Assembly (NCBI GenBank): GCA_023247755.1 | Contig: JAHFFX010000001.1 | Location: 1-56,510, forward strand | Source: Candidatus Omnitrophota bacterium | GTDB lineage: Bacteria > Omnitrophota > Gorgyraeia > Zapsychrales > JAHFFX01 | Direction: 5' to 3' | Length of the DNA stretch: 56,510 bases | In this document: piece after piece, positions 1-8,603 of the stretch | Layout of the letters: every line of letters begins with the position of its first letter | Position numbering within the stretch: position 1 is the first letter of the stretch | Notes under the pieces: generated by a model | The model's input: only the letters and a program-made list of their open reading frames with translations | Told to the model about the DNA's origin: nothing | Database searches by the model: none | Program-made: the position numbers and the translations under genes

Positions 1-421
1 GACGGTCGGGATCGACCCCCATGATGTCGTTTATGAGGCTCGCGCCTTCATCGAGCGCCCGGCGGGCCACCTCGGATTTATAGGTATCGACCGAAATGAG
101 GACCCGTGTATGCTTCTTGATGAGTTTGAGCGTGGGCAAGATTCGGCGAAGCTCCTCTGCGGCTGATATCTTTTGCGCCCCGGGGCGGGTCGATTCCCCC
201 CCCACATCCAAGATGTCCGCGCCTTCTCTAATAAGCTCCCGTGCGCGATCAAGGTTCGCGCCGGGGTCATTCATGCCTCCGGCAAGGCAACCGTCCTGAC
301 TGAAGGAATCCGGGGTCAAGTTAAGGATCGCCATGATCCTGGTCTTTTGCCCGAGAGTTATCTTGTGGGTGCGGGCGCGCAGGACATATCCGGTTCTGAG
401 AGGGTCTTTGAGGGTATTCAC
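1..421 (-). CDS. folP: dihydropteroate synthase, N-terminal part (gene runs off the left edge)
   Basis: A minus-strand frame absent from the ORF track (no stop in window) reads VNTLKDPLRTGYVLRARTHKITLGQKTRIMAILNLTPDSFSQDGCLAGGMNDPGANLDRARELIREGADILDVGGESTRPGAQKISAAEELRRILPTLKLIKKHTRVLISVDTYKSEVARRALDEGASLINDIMGVDPDR. This carries the canonical DHPS motifs (ILNxTPDSFSDGG, D(I/V)GGESTRPG). Probable GTG start at 421-419. It lies just downstream of ftsH, a common synteny. Confidence 0.85.
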   Translation of the reverse strand, partial: MNTLKDPLRTGYVLRARTHKITLGQKTRIMAILNLTPDSFSQDGCLAGGMNDPGANLDRARELIREGADILDVGGESTRPGAQKISAAEELRRILPTLKLIKKHTRVLISVDTYKSEVARRALDEGASLINDIMGVDPDR

Positions 422-473
422 TAAACGAGGGCTGAATTGGAGGTTGCAGCTATGGGGAAACCGGCATCGGAGG

Positions 474-2369
474 TTATGATATGTGGGCCTGTAATCCTGC
501 CGGCAGGTTCAGAAGGACTCGGGCTTCTTCGATGTCGATGGTTTCTTTCTCAAGAAGTTTTTTGGCCAAGGCCTCCAGTTTTTCACGGTTTTCCATGAGC
601 ATTTTTTTGGCCCGCTGGTAACTTTGTTCGATAATGCGCTTCGTCTCTTCATCGATGAGGCGGGCGGTCTCTTCGCTGTAATCTTTTTGTTCCATCATGT
701 CGCGTCCCAGGAACACCTGGTGATGATGATGGCCGAGCGTCATGGGACCGAGCCGGTCGCTCATGCCGTAAACGCAGATCATCTTGCGGGCGATGCCGGT
801 GGCGGTCTGAAAATCGCTCATGGCCCCGGTGGTCACGTCCTGCAGGCAGATCTCTTCGGCGGCGCGTCCTCCTAGGGTGACGACCAGTCCCCCCAGCAAT
901 TCTCTTTTGGAAGAGTAATGCCGGTCTTCCATGGGCGGGGTCAAGGTGTATCCGCCGGCCATGCCCCGCGGGATGATGGAAACCTTGGTGAAGGTATCCA
1001 CTTCTTCCATCAGCATGGACAACAGCGCGTGTCCCGCTTCATGGTACGCGGTGATCTCCCTTTCTTTCTGGGAAATGTTGCGGTTCTTCTTTTCCGGCCC
1101 CATGATGACGCGCTCAATGGCCGCCTCCATCTCTTCCTGGCCGACCGCGTCTTTGGTCTTGCGGGCGGCGAGCAGGGCCGCTTCGTTGCAGACGTTGGCG
1201 AGGTCCGCCCCGGAGAAATAGACCGTCTGCCGGGCGATCTTCTTGAGGTCCACGTTGTCGGCAAGTTTGATCTTCTTGGTATGCACGCGCAGAATGGCTT
1301 CCCTTCCCATGAGGTCCGGAAGGCTCACCACGATCTGCCGGTCGAAACGTCCGGGGCGCAAAAGCGCGGGGTCCAGTGTGTCGGGCCGGTTGGTGGCGGC
1401 AACGACGATGATGCCGTATTGCGTGTCGAACCCGTCCATCTCCACCAGCAGCGCGTTGAGGGTCTGCTCCCGTTCATCGTGCCCGCCGCCGATGCCGGAA
1501 AAACGCAGACGACCCACCGCGTCTATCTCATCGATGAAGATGATGCAGCCTTTGCCGGAGGCGCGGGCTGCCTTGCGGGCCTGTTCGAAGAGATCGCGCA
1601 CCCGGGAAGCCCCCACGCCGACGAACATTTCCACGAAATCGGAACCGCTCAGGGAGAAGAACGGAACGTCCGCTTCCCCGGCAACGGCCTTGGCGAGCAA
1701 GGTCTTCCCGGTCCCGGGAGGCCCGATCAGCAGGACGCCTTTGGGGATCTTTCCCCCGAGGCGCTGGAATTTCTTCGGTTCCTTGAGGAATTCGATGACC
1801 TCCTGCAGTTCTTCCTGCGCTTCATCGACCCCAGCGACATCATTGAAGGTCACGGTGAGGGTCTTGTTGTTCATTTTGGCGCGGGATTTGCCGAACGACC
1901 AGATGCGGTTTCCCACCTGGTTGCCCCGGTAGGAAGCGAACCAGATCACGAGGAGAAAAAGAATGACCGGCATGAACGAAAAGAAGACATTGCTCCAGAA
2001 CGTTTTGAGGGGAACCACTTCGAAGACGGGCACGTTGTCGCGGACGAGGTCCAAGAGTTTATCGTCCTTTTCCGGTACGTGGACGGTGAATTTGGACCCA
2101 TCGCGCAATTTTCCCTGAAAGAGATTCTCCGTCTGGGTGAGCTCTTGGATCTCTCCGGTATTCTTATTGTTCTGCAGTAGGGCATAGAATTCGCTGTACT
2201 TGAGCTCGCGCAGGGAACCCGGCGGGTTCAGCGTGGGCTGACTGGAAATGATCATGAGAATGAAGATCACCGAAAGCCAGATCAACCAGTTGTTGTTGGA
2301 GGGTTGCTGGTTCCGAGCGGGGATCTTCCCGGCGAATTTCCGGTTCAGTTTTGGTTTGGGTTTTTCCAT
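474..2369 (-). CDS. ftsH: ATP-dependent zinc metalloprotease FtsH
   Basis: 631 aa with two N-terminal TM segments, an AAA+ Walker A (GPPGTGKT), Walker B (IIFIDEIDA), the second region of homology and a zinc-protease HEAGH motif. Confidence 0.97.
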   Translation of the reverse strand: MEKPKPKLNRKFAGKIPARNQQPSNNNWLIWLSVIFILMIISSQPTLNPPGSLRELKYSEFYALLQNNKNTGEIQELTQTENLFQGKLRDGSKFTVHVPEKDDKLLDLVRDNVPVFEVVPLKTFWSNVFFSFMPVILFLLVIWFASYRGNQVGNRIWSFGKSRAKMNNKTLTVTFNDVAGVDEAQEELQEVIEFLKEPKKFQRLGGKIPKGVLLIGPPGTGKTLLAKAVAGEADVPFFSLSGSDFVEMFVGVGASRVRDLFEQARKAARASGKGCIIFIDEIDAVGRLRFSGIGGGHDEREQTLNALLVEMDGFDTQYGIIVVAATNRPDTLDPALLRPGRFDRQIVVSLPDLMGREAILRVHTKKIKLADNVDLKKIARQTVYFSGADLANVCNEAALLAARKTKDAVGQEEMEAAIERVIMGPEKKNRNISQKEREITAYHEAGHALLSMLMEEVDTFTKVSIIPRGMAGGYTLTPPMEDRHYSSKRELLGGLVVTLGGRAAEEICLQDVTTGAMSDFQTATGIARKMICVYGMSDRLGPMTLGHHHHQVFLGRDMMEQKDYSEETARLIDEETKRIIEQSYQRAKKMLMENREKLEALAKKLLEKETIDIEEARVLLNLPAGLQAHIS

Positions 2370-2397
2370 ATAGTTATTCTAACTAAAATGTGGATAG

Positions 2398-2425
2398 ATT
2401 ATATCGTATCCGGAAATTTAATCAA
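2398..2425 (-). promoter_or_regulatory. candidate sigma70-type promoter for ftsH (TTGATT-16 nt-TATAAT on minus strand)
   Basis: Minus strand reads TTGATT (2425-2420), a 16-nt spacer, then TATAAT (2403-2398), about 30 nt upstream of the ftsH ATG. Read by eye only. Confidence 0.35.
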
Positions 2426-2520
2426 GCGCTATCGTTTGCGTTCCAATGTCAAAGTTTTTAATGTTCTGCTGATCCGCAGGGACTGCGGCAGAAGGCAACG
2501 GCCGGTCGCGTTCGGGGAGA

Positions 2521-3432
2521 TCAAAAGCCCTTCAATGGCGAGGATGTGGTCCAGGTCCAATCGCCGGGTCGACCCTGGAGATCTTCGAGGGCCAGTCGGA
2601 TCACCATGCGGCGCAGCGCCGGATGCAGCGAACGGAGAACATCCGTCTTCAATAAGATCTGTTTGGGTTTCGCTGCGATCCGGCATTGCGTAAGCGCCTT
2701 CTCCCCCGCTTCTTGCAGGAATTCATAATCCGCAGCACTCGTCTGGGCCAGGCGGGACAATAAAGGTTTGACGTCCTTTCCGCAGAGACGCGTAAGATAC
2801 GGCAATGCTTTAAGGCGGACCTTGTTGCGGAAGAATTCAAGGTCCCGGTTGGAAAGATCTTGCCGGTAAGGGATTCGCTCCTTCTTGAGGAAAGAAAGTA
2901 TGTCCGCTTTGGGGATCTCCAAGAGCGGCCGGACAAAGGTTGCTCCGCCGATGTTCCGCTGCGGCAGGATCCCGCGCAGGCCCATCAATCCGGTCCCCCG
3001 CAGGATCCGCATCAAGACGGTTTCCGCGAGATCATCCTGCGTGTGCGCCAGGACGATCTTGCTGCAATGCTGCTTCTTCGCCGTCTCGATAAGAAATTGC
3101 TGCCGGTATTCCCGCGCCACTTCTTCTAGGGAAGATTTGTTCTTGAGCTCTTTGACGGGAAGGTAAGCGCACGTGCAGGGGATCCCCAGCCGCCGGGCCA
3201 ACCTTTCGACGAACTTCGCGTCTTGGGCGGCTTGCGCGCGAAGCCCGTGATCGAGGTGCGCGACGTGAATATACCATCCCCATTCGCTGCGCAGGATGGC
3301 CAGGATGTGCAACAGGGCCGTGGAATCCGCGCCTCCCGAGACCCCGATGAGGATCCTTTCGCCGCAAGGTAGAAGCCGGTGCTTGCGCAGATTATTGCGG
3401 ACCTGGCTAAGGAGATTCATTTCTTGGATCAC
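2521..3432 (-). CDS. tilS: tRNA(Ile)-lysidine synthase (short form)
   Basis: 303 aa with the PP-loop motif GVSGGADSTALLHIL and the DHGLR / AHTQDD motifs typical of TilS. It lies upstream of ftsH, as in the common tilS-(hpt)-ftsH arrangement. At 303 aa it is well short of the ~430-aa E. coli enzyme. Confidence 0.85.
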   Translation of the reverse strand: MIQEMNLLSQVRNNLRKHRLLPCGERILIGVSGGADSTALLHILAILRSEWGWYIHVAHLDHGLRAQAAQDAKFVERLARRLGIPCTCAYLPVKELKNKSSLEEVAREYRQQFLIETAKKQHCSKIVLAHTQDDLAETVLMRILRGTGLMGLRGILPQRNIGGATFVRPLLEIPKADILSFLKKERIPYRQDLSNRDLEFFRNKVRLKALPYLTRLCGKDVKPLLSRLAQTSAADYEFLQEAGEKALTQCRIAAKPKQILLKTDVLRSLHPALRRMVIRLALEDLQGRPGDWTWTTSSPLKGF

Positions 3433-3989
3433 TCGCCGTGCAGGCCGCGTTGCTCGCGGCGCGCTTCCTGGTAGGCCTGCTGAAGGACGTCGACATAGGC
3501 CCGGTTCGGAGGGACGATGTTGAGCAGCGCATATCCCTGCCGCAGGACCTCGGCGTTGACAAAGGTTTTGTCAGAGAGGAACGCATACGCCAGGGTCGCA
3601 TAATTGGGGGATTTTTTATCGTAGTCGAATTCCAGACGGATTGATTTTCCTTCCAACATCTCTTTGGTGAAGTTGTAGGCTCGTTCCTCGATGGTGATCT
3701 TCGGATCGTCCACCTTGATGGGGATGCCGTATTGGTCAAAGTCCACTTTTTTCTTGGGCGGTTTGTCCGGGGCCTTCAGCCCGATCAGCTGGATCTTTTC
3801 ACCGGATTCCAGAACGAACGTATCGGCCGAGATGACCTTGGCGACCTTGACCGACTGATACCGATTCTCCGAATTCAGGAACGATTCGACCGCTTTTTCG
3901 GCGCGGGCCGCGGAACTGGTGATGCAAATTCCCAAGATTACGGATGTGAAAAACAGAAATGCCTTTGATGGGGGTTTCATATGTTTCAT
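3429..3989 (-). CDS. secreted SNase-like (thermonuclease/OB-fold) protein, catalytic residues apparently degenerate
   Basis: 186 aa with a signal peptide (FLFFTSVILGICITSSAARA). The core aligns by eye to staphylococcal nuclease (VISADTFVL.. / ..YATLAYAFL.. / NAEVLRQGYA). There are 4-nt overlaps with both neighbouring genes. Confidence 0.6.
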   Translation of the reverse strand: MKHMKPPSKAFLFFTSVILGICITSSAARAEKAVESFLNSENRYQSVKVAKVISADTFVLESGEKIQLIGLKAPDKPPKKKVDFDQYGIPIKVDDPKITIEERAYNFTKEMLEGKSIRLEFDYDKKSPNYATLAYAFLSDKTFVNAEVLRQGYALLNIVPPNRAYVDVLQQAYQEARREQRGLHGE

Positions 3990-4444
3990 TTTTTGATCCT
4001 GATGTCGAGGCTGAAAGGGCCGGGGCCGATGAACATCAAACTAAAAAAGACGATACCCAATTCGATGGCGTGCGAAGCTTTGTTAAGGCCGTCCCCGCTT
4101 CCCAAATGCATCGTGGCCGCGACCCCCATCGTGATCGCCATGAACAGGCACGCCGGGCGGAAGAACAATCCGAGAATAAGGCAAATACCGCCGAAGAATT
4201 CCGAAGCCGCGGCTAGGAGGCCGAATAAGACGGGAGCAAAATGGATGCCCAGGAATTGAGTGGCGGAGCCGATCTTGGTCCACATCTCCGGGCCGCCGCT
4301 GATTTTCGGGTAGCCGTGCAGCAGGAACATGATCCCGATGCCCACCCGAAGGATCAAAAGTCCGAAGTCCTTGTATTTGGCCAGCGATTCCATGCACATA
4401 AGGCCCACCCTTTCTTGAATGCCGTTATTATACCGAAGGGACAA
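3986..4444 (-). CDS. DoxX-family integral membrane protein
   Basis: 152 aa with 4 predicted TM helices and the DoxX-like N-terminus DFGLLILRVGIGIMFLLHGYPKI. The true start may be an internal Met (MCMESLAKY..). Confidence 0.7.
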   Translation of the reverse strand: MSLRYNNGIQERVGLMCMESLAKYKDFGLLILRVGIGIMFLLHGYPKISGGPEMWTKIGSATQFLGIHFAPVLFGLLAAASEFFGGICLILGLFFRPACLFMAITMGVAATMHLGSGDGLNKASHAIELGIVFFSLMFIGPGPFSLDIRIKK

Positions 4445-4660
4445 TTCATTGGCGAGGGAAAGTTGAAATGAAGTGTTTACGGTGGGGGAAATTGGTGGCG
4501 TCCCGGTTTTTCTGAATAAACATCATGGTAGCAGGGACAGCCACTTTCTTTCCGGCCAGTCTTATAGGTTTGTTGTAGAAAGTGGCGGCGAGTGGTCTTC
4601 TTCGCCCCAATACTTTTGTGTTGTGGCTTCGAAGGACCTTTTCTCGCCAACTCCTACGAA

Positions 4661-4684
4661 GCTCAAACGTGAAAACATTTGAGC
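4661..4684 (-). terminator. short hairpin immediately 3' of tRNA(CAT) (GCTCAAA-10 nt-TTTGAGC)
   Basis: 7-bp perfect stem, 9 nt downstream of the tRNA 3' end. There is no strong U-tract, so its role as a terminator or processing signal is uncertain. Confidence 0.3.
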
Positions 4685-4693
4685 GAAGTAGAG

Positions 4694-4766
4694 TGGCGGC
4701 GATAGGATTTAAACCTATGACCTGTCGGGTATGAACCGAATGCTCTATCAGCTGAGCTACGCCGCC
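4694..4766 (-). tRNA. tRNA with CAT anticodon (elongator Met or lysidine-modified Ile2; not initiator)
   Basis: Minus strand GGCGGCG TA GCTC AGCTGATA GAGC A TTCGG TTCATAC CCGAC AGGTC ATAGG TTTAAAT CCTAT CGCCGCC A folds into a 73-nt cloverleaf. G1:C72 is paired and there is no GGG/CCC anticodon stem, so it is not an initiator. CCA is not encoded. Confidence 0.9.
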
Positions 4767-4867
4767 AAATTCGTCTTGAAGGAAATGTGAGGAAGGCGAG
4801 AGGTCTTGTTCGTTGGCCAAAAAGTTATCAGATTCTACTGAAAACCGCCGTCCAGCGCAAGGGATTT

Positions 4868-5212
4868 TCAGATCCTCCACTCCACCAGCTTCGAATCATT
4901 GAAGTAGAGCTTCACGGGCTTAAAGTCGTTCGCCTCTTCCTTGGAGACGGGCACGTTCATGTACGTCCAAATTTCGATACTGCTCTCGGAAAAGCCGGAC
5001 TGGAAAATGTCGTTCGGTTCGCCAAAAAGCGTCCGCACCGTTGAGGGCGCGGTGCCTTTGCCGATCGTCTTTCTCTGCAGGGCCGCGATGAGATCCTCAT
5101 ATTGTTTCTTGCGGTCCTGGATCGCGGTCAGTTTCTTCTCCTTCTCATCGGTGGCGCATCCGGTCAAGGGCAGCAAGGAGAGCATTAGTAAGCACAAAAT
5201 GATTTTTCTCAT
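4868..5212 (-). CDS. small lipoprotein (possibly BamE/SmpA-OmlA-like)
   Basis: Start refined to MRKIILCLLMLSLLPLTGC (lipobox LTG|C) at 5212, with GAGGGGGG about 10 nt upstream. The mature part is ~95 aa ending ..VKLYFNDSKLVEWRI. The family assignment is tentative. Confidence 0.6.
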   Translation of the reverse strand: MRKIILCLLMLSLLPLTGCATDEKEKKLTAIQDRKKQYEDLIAALQRKTIGKGTAPSTVRTLFGEPNDIFQSGFSESSIEIWTYMNVPVSKEEANDFKPVKLYFNDSKLVEWRI

Positions 5213-5231
5213 GATCAATGCCCCCCTCGTT

Positions 5232-5537
5232 TCAAACCACAAAGAATATGATATAGACGAGCCCCAGGATGATCAGGAGGCTCATGAAATAGAAATCGTT
5301 GAAGTACAGCGCGTCGCGAACGCGTTCGGACAGGGTATATTCGAGCTGGACGTTCTCGACCGCCACGGTCCCGCTTTTGCGGATACTGAGGACCTCGTTC
5401 TTTTTGAGGCGCAAGAACTGCTCGGCGATCTTATAAGCCTTGAGATTTCCCTCTTTTACGAGGTCCATGACCTTTTTTTCGGAAATGCCCAACAGCTGGG
5501 CGGTTTCCCGGACGGTGATGAACTGGTCAGAGGTCAT
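5232..5537 (-). CDS. HTH (excisionase/MerR-like HTH_17) domain protein with C-terminal transmembrane anchor
   Basis: 101 aa. The N-terminus ITVRETAQLLGISEKKVMDLVKEGNLKAYKI matches the HTH_17 pattern. The C-terminus FYFMSLLIILGLVYIIFFVV is a hydrophobic helix. There is an ATGA overlap with the upstream bactofilin gene. Confidence 0.65.
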   Translation of the reverse strand: MTSDQFITVRETAQLLGISEKKVMDLVKEGNLKAYKIAEQFLRLKKNEVLSIRKSGTVAVENVQLEYTLSERVRDALYFNDFYFMSLLIILGLVYIIFFVV

Positions 5538-6061
5538 TTGGCCTTCCCGGTGGCCGCCCAGGAATCGATCTGATGGCGCTCAAAGACCCAGGTGTCGCCG
5601 CTGCGGCTGGCGGGGATCTTTCCGTTGTTGGCTAATTCCAGAATGGTCGGCTGGTCGATCTCGAGGTACTTGCTGAGTTCATCGAGGTCCAGGAATTCCT
5701 CCAGCATCTGGCAGCGTCCCTGGAAAATGGCGCCCTCAACGATGTTGAGCTTGGGGGTCGAGATGTTCCCGGTAAGGACCGCCGTCGGCATGAGGACCAG
5801 CATCTTTTTGGCGATGATGTCGCCTTTGACCTTGCCGGCGATCACGATGTTCTCACCGCTGATGTGCGCTTCGACGGTGGCGGCGCTTCCGATGGTGAGC
5901 GTTCCCTTGGTCTCCATGGTCCCGTTGAAGTTCCCGTTGATCTTGAGGTTCACCGGGTCCTTGAAGGACAGGGTCCCTTGCATTTGCGCGCTGATCTCGA
6001 TGACGCGTTCTTCCGGTTCCTTGATGTCTCTGCGGTTTAAGGCCATAGTCGCCTCCTTCAT
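5534..6061 (-). CDS. bactofilin-domain protein fused to a C-terminal HTH_17 DNA-binding domain
   Basis: 175 aa. Residues ~25-120 carry the repetitive beta-helix pattern of bactofilins (LTIGSAATVEAHISGENIVIAGKVKGDIIAKKMLVLMPTAVLTGNISTPKLNIVEGAIFQGRCQM). The C-terminus LDELSKYLEIDQPTILELANNGKIPASRSGDTWVFERHQIDSW is HTH_17-like. Confidence 0.7.
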   Translation of the reverse strand: MKEATMALNRRDIKEPEERVIEISAQMQGTLSFKDPVNLKINGNFNGTMETKGTLTIGSAATVEAHISGENIVIAGKVKGDIIAKKMLVLMPTAVLTGNISTPKLNIVEGAIFQGRCQMLEEFLDLDELSKYLEIDQPTILELANNGKIPASRSGDTWVFERHQIDSWAATGKAK

Positions 6062-6111
6062 GAGCCCCCTTGTTGGCGGGGCGATTGTCCCGGGAACCGG
6101 GATTACCTTGA

Positions 6112-6561
6112 TTAATGATTATTCCGAGAATATTCGAAGATCTTTTTTTCCACGGACCGCATGCCGATGAGCACGAACATTACGGTCGAGGTCACCATAA
6201 TGGCCGCTGTGTAGTCCCCGCTCCCCACGGACATCCCGATGCCGGAGACGATCCACAAAGTGGCGGCGGTGGTCAATCCCACGACCTGTTTGCCGCCGCG
6301 GATGATCGCGCCCGCGCACAAGAAGCCGATCCCCGTCACGATGTTGGAAATGATGCGCGTGGGATCGACCATGGGATTGTGCTTATATATATCAGAAATA
6401 TAAAATGAAGTCAACACGATGAGGCAGCTGCCCACGCCTACGAGAACGTGCGTGCGCAATCCGGCGTCCTTTTGCCGGATCTCGCGTTCGATGCCGATGA
6501 GGGCGGTCAGGAAGACCGTCAAGAATATTTTGAAAGTGCTGATCACGATATCGGAACCCAA
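6112..6561 (-). CDS. MgtC/SapB-family membrane protein
   Basis: 149 aa, multi-TM, with LIGIEREIRQKDAGLRTHVLVGVGSCL typical of the MgtC N-terminal domain. Confidence 0.8.
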   Translation of the reverse strand: MGSDIVISTFKIFLTVFLTALIGIEREIRQKDAGLRTHVLVGVGSCLIVLTSFYISDIYKHNPMVDPTRIISNIVTGIGFLCAGAIIRGGKQVVGLTTAATLWIVSGIGMSVGSGDYTAAIMVTSTVMFVLIGMRSVEKKIFEYSRNNH

Positions 6562-6594
6562 GGTATTCTCCTTTCTGTTCGGTGGCGCTTCCCG

Positions 6595-7626
6595 TCAAAA
6601 ATGTCTTTTGACGGCTCTGGGCAGATTTGAAGCTCTTTTCTTTCTGACCGGGGCCCGGTGGTGCAGAAGATGATGTCCCAGTCCGGCGATCATGGCGGCG
6701 TTGTCCAGGCACAACTGCAGCGGCGGAAAATGGACATCCACCATCTCTTCCTGCGCGCGGGCCGTGAGCCCCTTTCTTAAGGCGGAATTCGCCGCCACCC
6801 CACCGCCCACCAGCAAGGTTTTGATGTTCTTCTTGCGGCATACGGTGAAACATTTGTCGATCAGAACCTGCGTCACGCTTTTTTGGAAGGCATAAGCGAT
6901 CTTCTCGGTTGAGAACTCCTTCTCTTTCCGATGGGCGTTGACGTAGTAAAGCACGGCGGTCTTGATGCCGCTGAAACTGAAATCAAAGGAATCGGGAAGT
7001 TCGGCACAGGGGAATCGGATCTCGCTGTTCTCCCCTTGCTGGGCCAGCCGGTCGATGGCGGGTCCTCCCGGATAACCCAGATCAAGGATCTTGGCCACTT
7101 TGTCGAAGGCCTCCCCGGCGGCGTCATCCCTGGTCTGTCCGAGCAGCAGGCATCTGGGCCAGTGGCGCACCACAAAAAGGCTGGAATGTCCTCCCGAGAC
7201 CACCAGTCCGACCGCCGGCAGGGACGGAGGATCTTCCGCGTTGTTCGTTGCATCCAGCTTCTTAAGAAAATTGGCGTAAAGATGGGCATGGATATGATCG
7301 ACTTCGACCAGAGGTTTGCGGGTGGCACAGGCCAACGCCCTGGCGAAAGAAATCCCCACCAGTAAGGACCCCGCCAGGCCGGGCGAACGGGTGACGGCGA
7401 TGGCGTCGATGTTCTTGAGGGAAGAATGCGATTCGTCCAGCGCTTGTTCAACGACGGAATTGATGTATTCGAGCTGCCGTCGTGAGGCGATCTCCGGAAT
7501 GATCCCGCCGAATTTCCGGTGTTGCGCGAGGCTCGAAGCCACGACGTTCGAGTGGATCCATCTCCCGTCCGTGACCACGGCCGCGGAGGTCTCATCGCAG
7601 GAAGTCTCTATGCCCAGGATGTTCAT
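6595..7626 (-). CDS. tsaD: tRNA N6-adenosine threonylcarbamoyltransferase (Kae1/Gcp)
   Basis: 343 aa with MNILGIETSCDETSAAVV, VDHIHAHLY and VVSGGHS motifs. Confidence 0.95.
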   Translation of the reverse strand: MNILGIETSCDETSAAVVTDGRWIHSNVVASSLAQHRKFGGIIPEIASRRQLEYINSVVEQALDESHSSLKNIDAIAVTRSPGLAGSLLVGISFARALACATRKPLVEVDHIHAHLYANFLKKLDATNNAEDPPSLPAVGLVVSGGHSSLFVVRHWPRCLLLGQTRDDAAGEAFDKVAKILDLGYPGGPAIDRLAQQGENSEIRFPCAELPDSFDFSFSGIKTAVLYYVNAHRKEKEFSTEKIAYAFQKSVTQVLIDKCFTVCRKKNIKTLLVGGGVAANSALRKGLTARAQEEMVDVHFPPLQLCLDNAAMIAGLGHHLLHHRAPVRKKRASNLPRAVKRHF

Positions 7627-8594
7627 AAATGTTTTATCAGCTCTTGGACGGTGATGATCCTAAAGCCCTGTTGGCGCAGCAACTTGGTCTGTTCTTTGAC
7701 GATCTCAAGCGTAAGCACACGGTCGTGGCCGATCCCGACGGCGTAGCCCTTCTCCCGCGCCTCTTTGGCCAGCAATTCGAACTGTTTTTCAATGTAGCGT
7801 CGTTCGTTCTGCTTGTCAAGAAAGACGTCCCGCCGCACAAAGGGAAGTTTCACCTCCCGGGCGAGTTCCCCGCACACGGATTCGGCGGTGACATAGCTGT
7901 CCACGAAGAACAGTTTCCGGTCCCTCAAGGACTCGAAGACGATCGACATGAGCCGCCGGTCTTCCGTGGCCTTGGACCCCATGTGGTTGTTGACGCCGAC
8001 GGCATGCGGAACGCTTTTAAGGGCTTTGTCCAAAAGCTCTATGACTTTGGCTTTCGGCATCGTCGTGCGGACGATGTAATCCTTGGGATATTCATCCTGG
8101 TTCCAATGGGGCTCCATGGGAAAATGGAGCATCACTTCCTTTTTTTGTTGAAAGGCGCAATTGGCGACATCGATGGAATGGGACAGGTGCGGCAGGACCG
8201 CGACCGTGACCGGCGCTTCGATCTGCGCCAGATTCTCGCAATGACTCTCGTTGTAACCCCAGTCATCGAGGATGATGGCGATCAGGGAACTCCCTGTGGA
8301 AGATTTCAGGGCGGGAGGCGTTGCGGCTGGTCTTGGGGCCGGGGTTTGTACAGAAACAGGAGGCGACGGTTCCGCCACCTGCGGTGCGATGAGTTGGGCC
8401 GTCGGTCGGGCCGGCGGGGCGGGAACCGCAACGGTCCTTTTTGTTTTTGGCGCAGCCGCTACGGTCATCCGGTGGCCGGCTGCGCCGGGCCCTTTCTTGT
8501 GGATCAGCAGGACATAGGTTTCCACCGCCACAATGAAGGTGAGGACCAGGATGAGGAGATTGCGTTGATCCCCCCTTTTTTTCTTGACGGGCAT
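7623..8594 (-). CDS. divergent polysaccharide deacetylase (YibQ family) with N-terminal TM and Pro/Ala-rich linker
   Basis: 323 aa with IAIILDDWGYN ... VAVLPHL ... EVMLHFPMEP, which matches the YibQ/DUF610 pattern. There is a 4-nt overlap with tsaD. Confidence 0.8.
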   Translation of the reverse strand: MPVKKKRGDQRNLLILVLTFIVAVETYVLLIHKKGPGAAGHRMTVAAAPKTKRTVAVPAPPARPTAQLIAPQVAEPSPPVSVQTPAPRPAATPPALKSSTGSSLIAIILDDWGYNESHCENLAQIEAPVTVAVLPHLSHSIDVANCAFQQKKEVMLHFPMEPHWNQDEYPKDYIVRTTMPKAKVIELLDKALKSVPHAVGVNNHMGSKATEDRRLMSIVFESLRDRKLFFVDSYVTAESVCGELAREVKLPFVRRDVFLDKQNERRYIEKQFELLAKEAREKGYAVGIGHDRVLTLEIVKEQTKLLRQQGFRIITVQELIKHL

Positions 8595-8603
8595 CTTTTA
8601 GTT

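Noticed and set aside
918-2180. Long plus-strand ORFs antisense to real genes: 918-2180, 7629-9218, 17442-18698, 18993-20444, 27010-28347, 50544-52724 and 54040-55788, each up to 726 aa.
   Set aside because: Each lies entirely opposite a minus-strand gene with unmistakable conserved motifs (ftsH, yibQ-like/ctpA, mfd, secDF, hisD, the TPR protein, uvrA). Their translations are Arg/Gly/Asp/His-rich low-complexity strings with no motifs. This is the expected artefact of stop-poor antisense frames in GC3-rich coding sequence.
2521-3432. tilS as a truncated pseudogene (303 aa vs ~430 aa in E. coli).
   Set aside because: The reading frame is intact, the PP-loop and downstream catalytic motifs are present, and it is translationally coupled upstream. 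Short TilS forms lacking the second C-terminal domain are known in other bacteria.
4473-4682. 69-aa plus-strand ORF in the 250-nt gap between DoxX and tRNA(CAT), and a 10-bp perfect stem (4540-4549 / 4577-4586) as a possible small RNA.
   Set aside because: The ORF has no RBS or recognisable features. The hairpins are modest and could simply be a tRNA trailer or DoxX leader structure. There is not enough evidence to call a gene or ncRNA.
4446-4880. 144-aa minus-strand ORF spanning the tRNA(CAT) gene, and likewise ORFs 37294-37692 (-) and 37323-37643 (+) spanning tRNA-Ala.
   Set aside because: They read straight through well-formed tRNA cloverleafs and have no RBS or recognisable domains.
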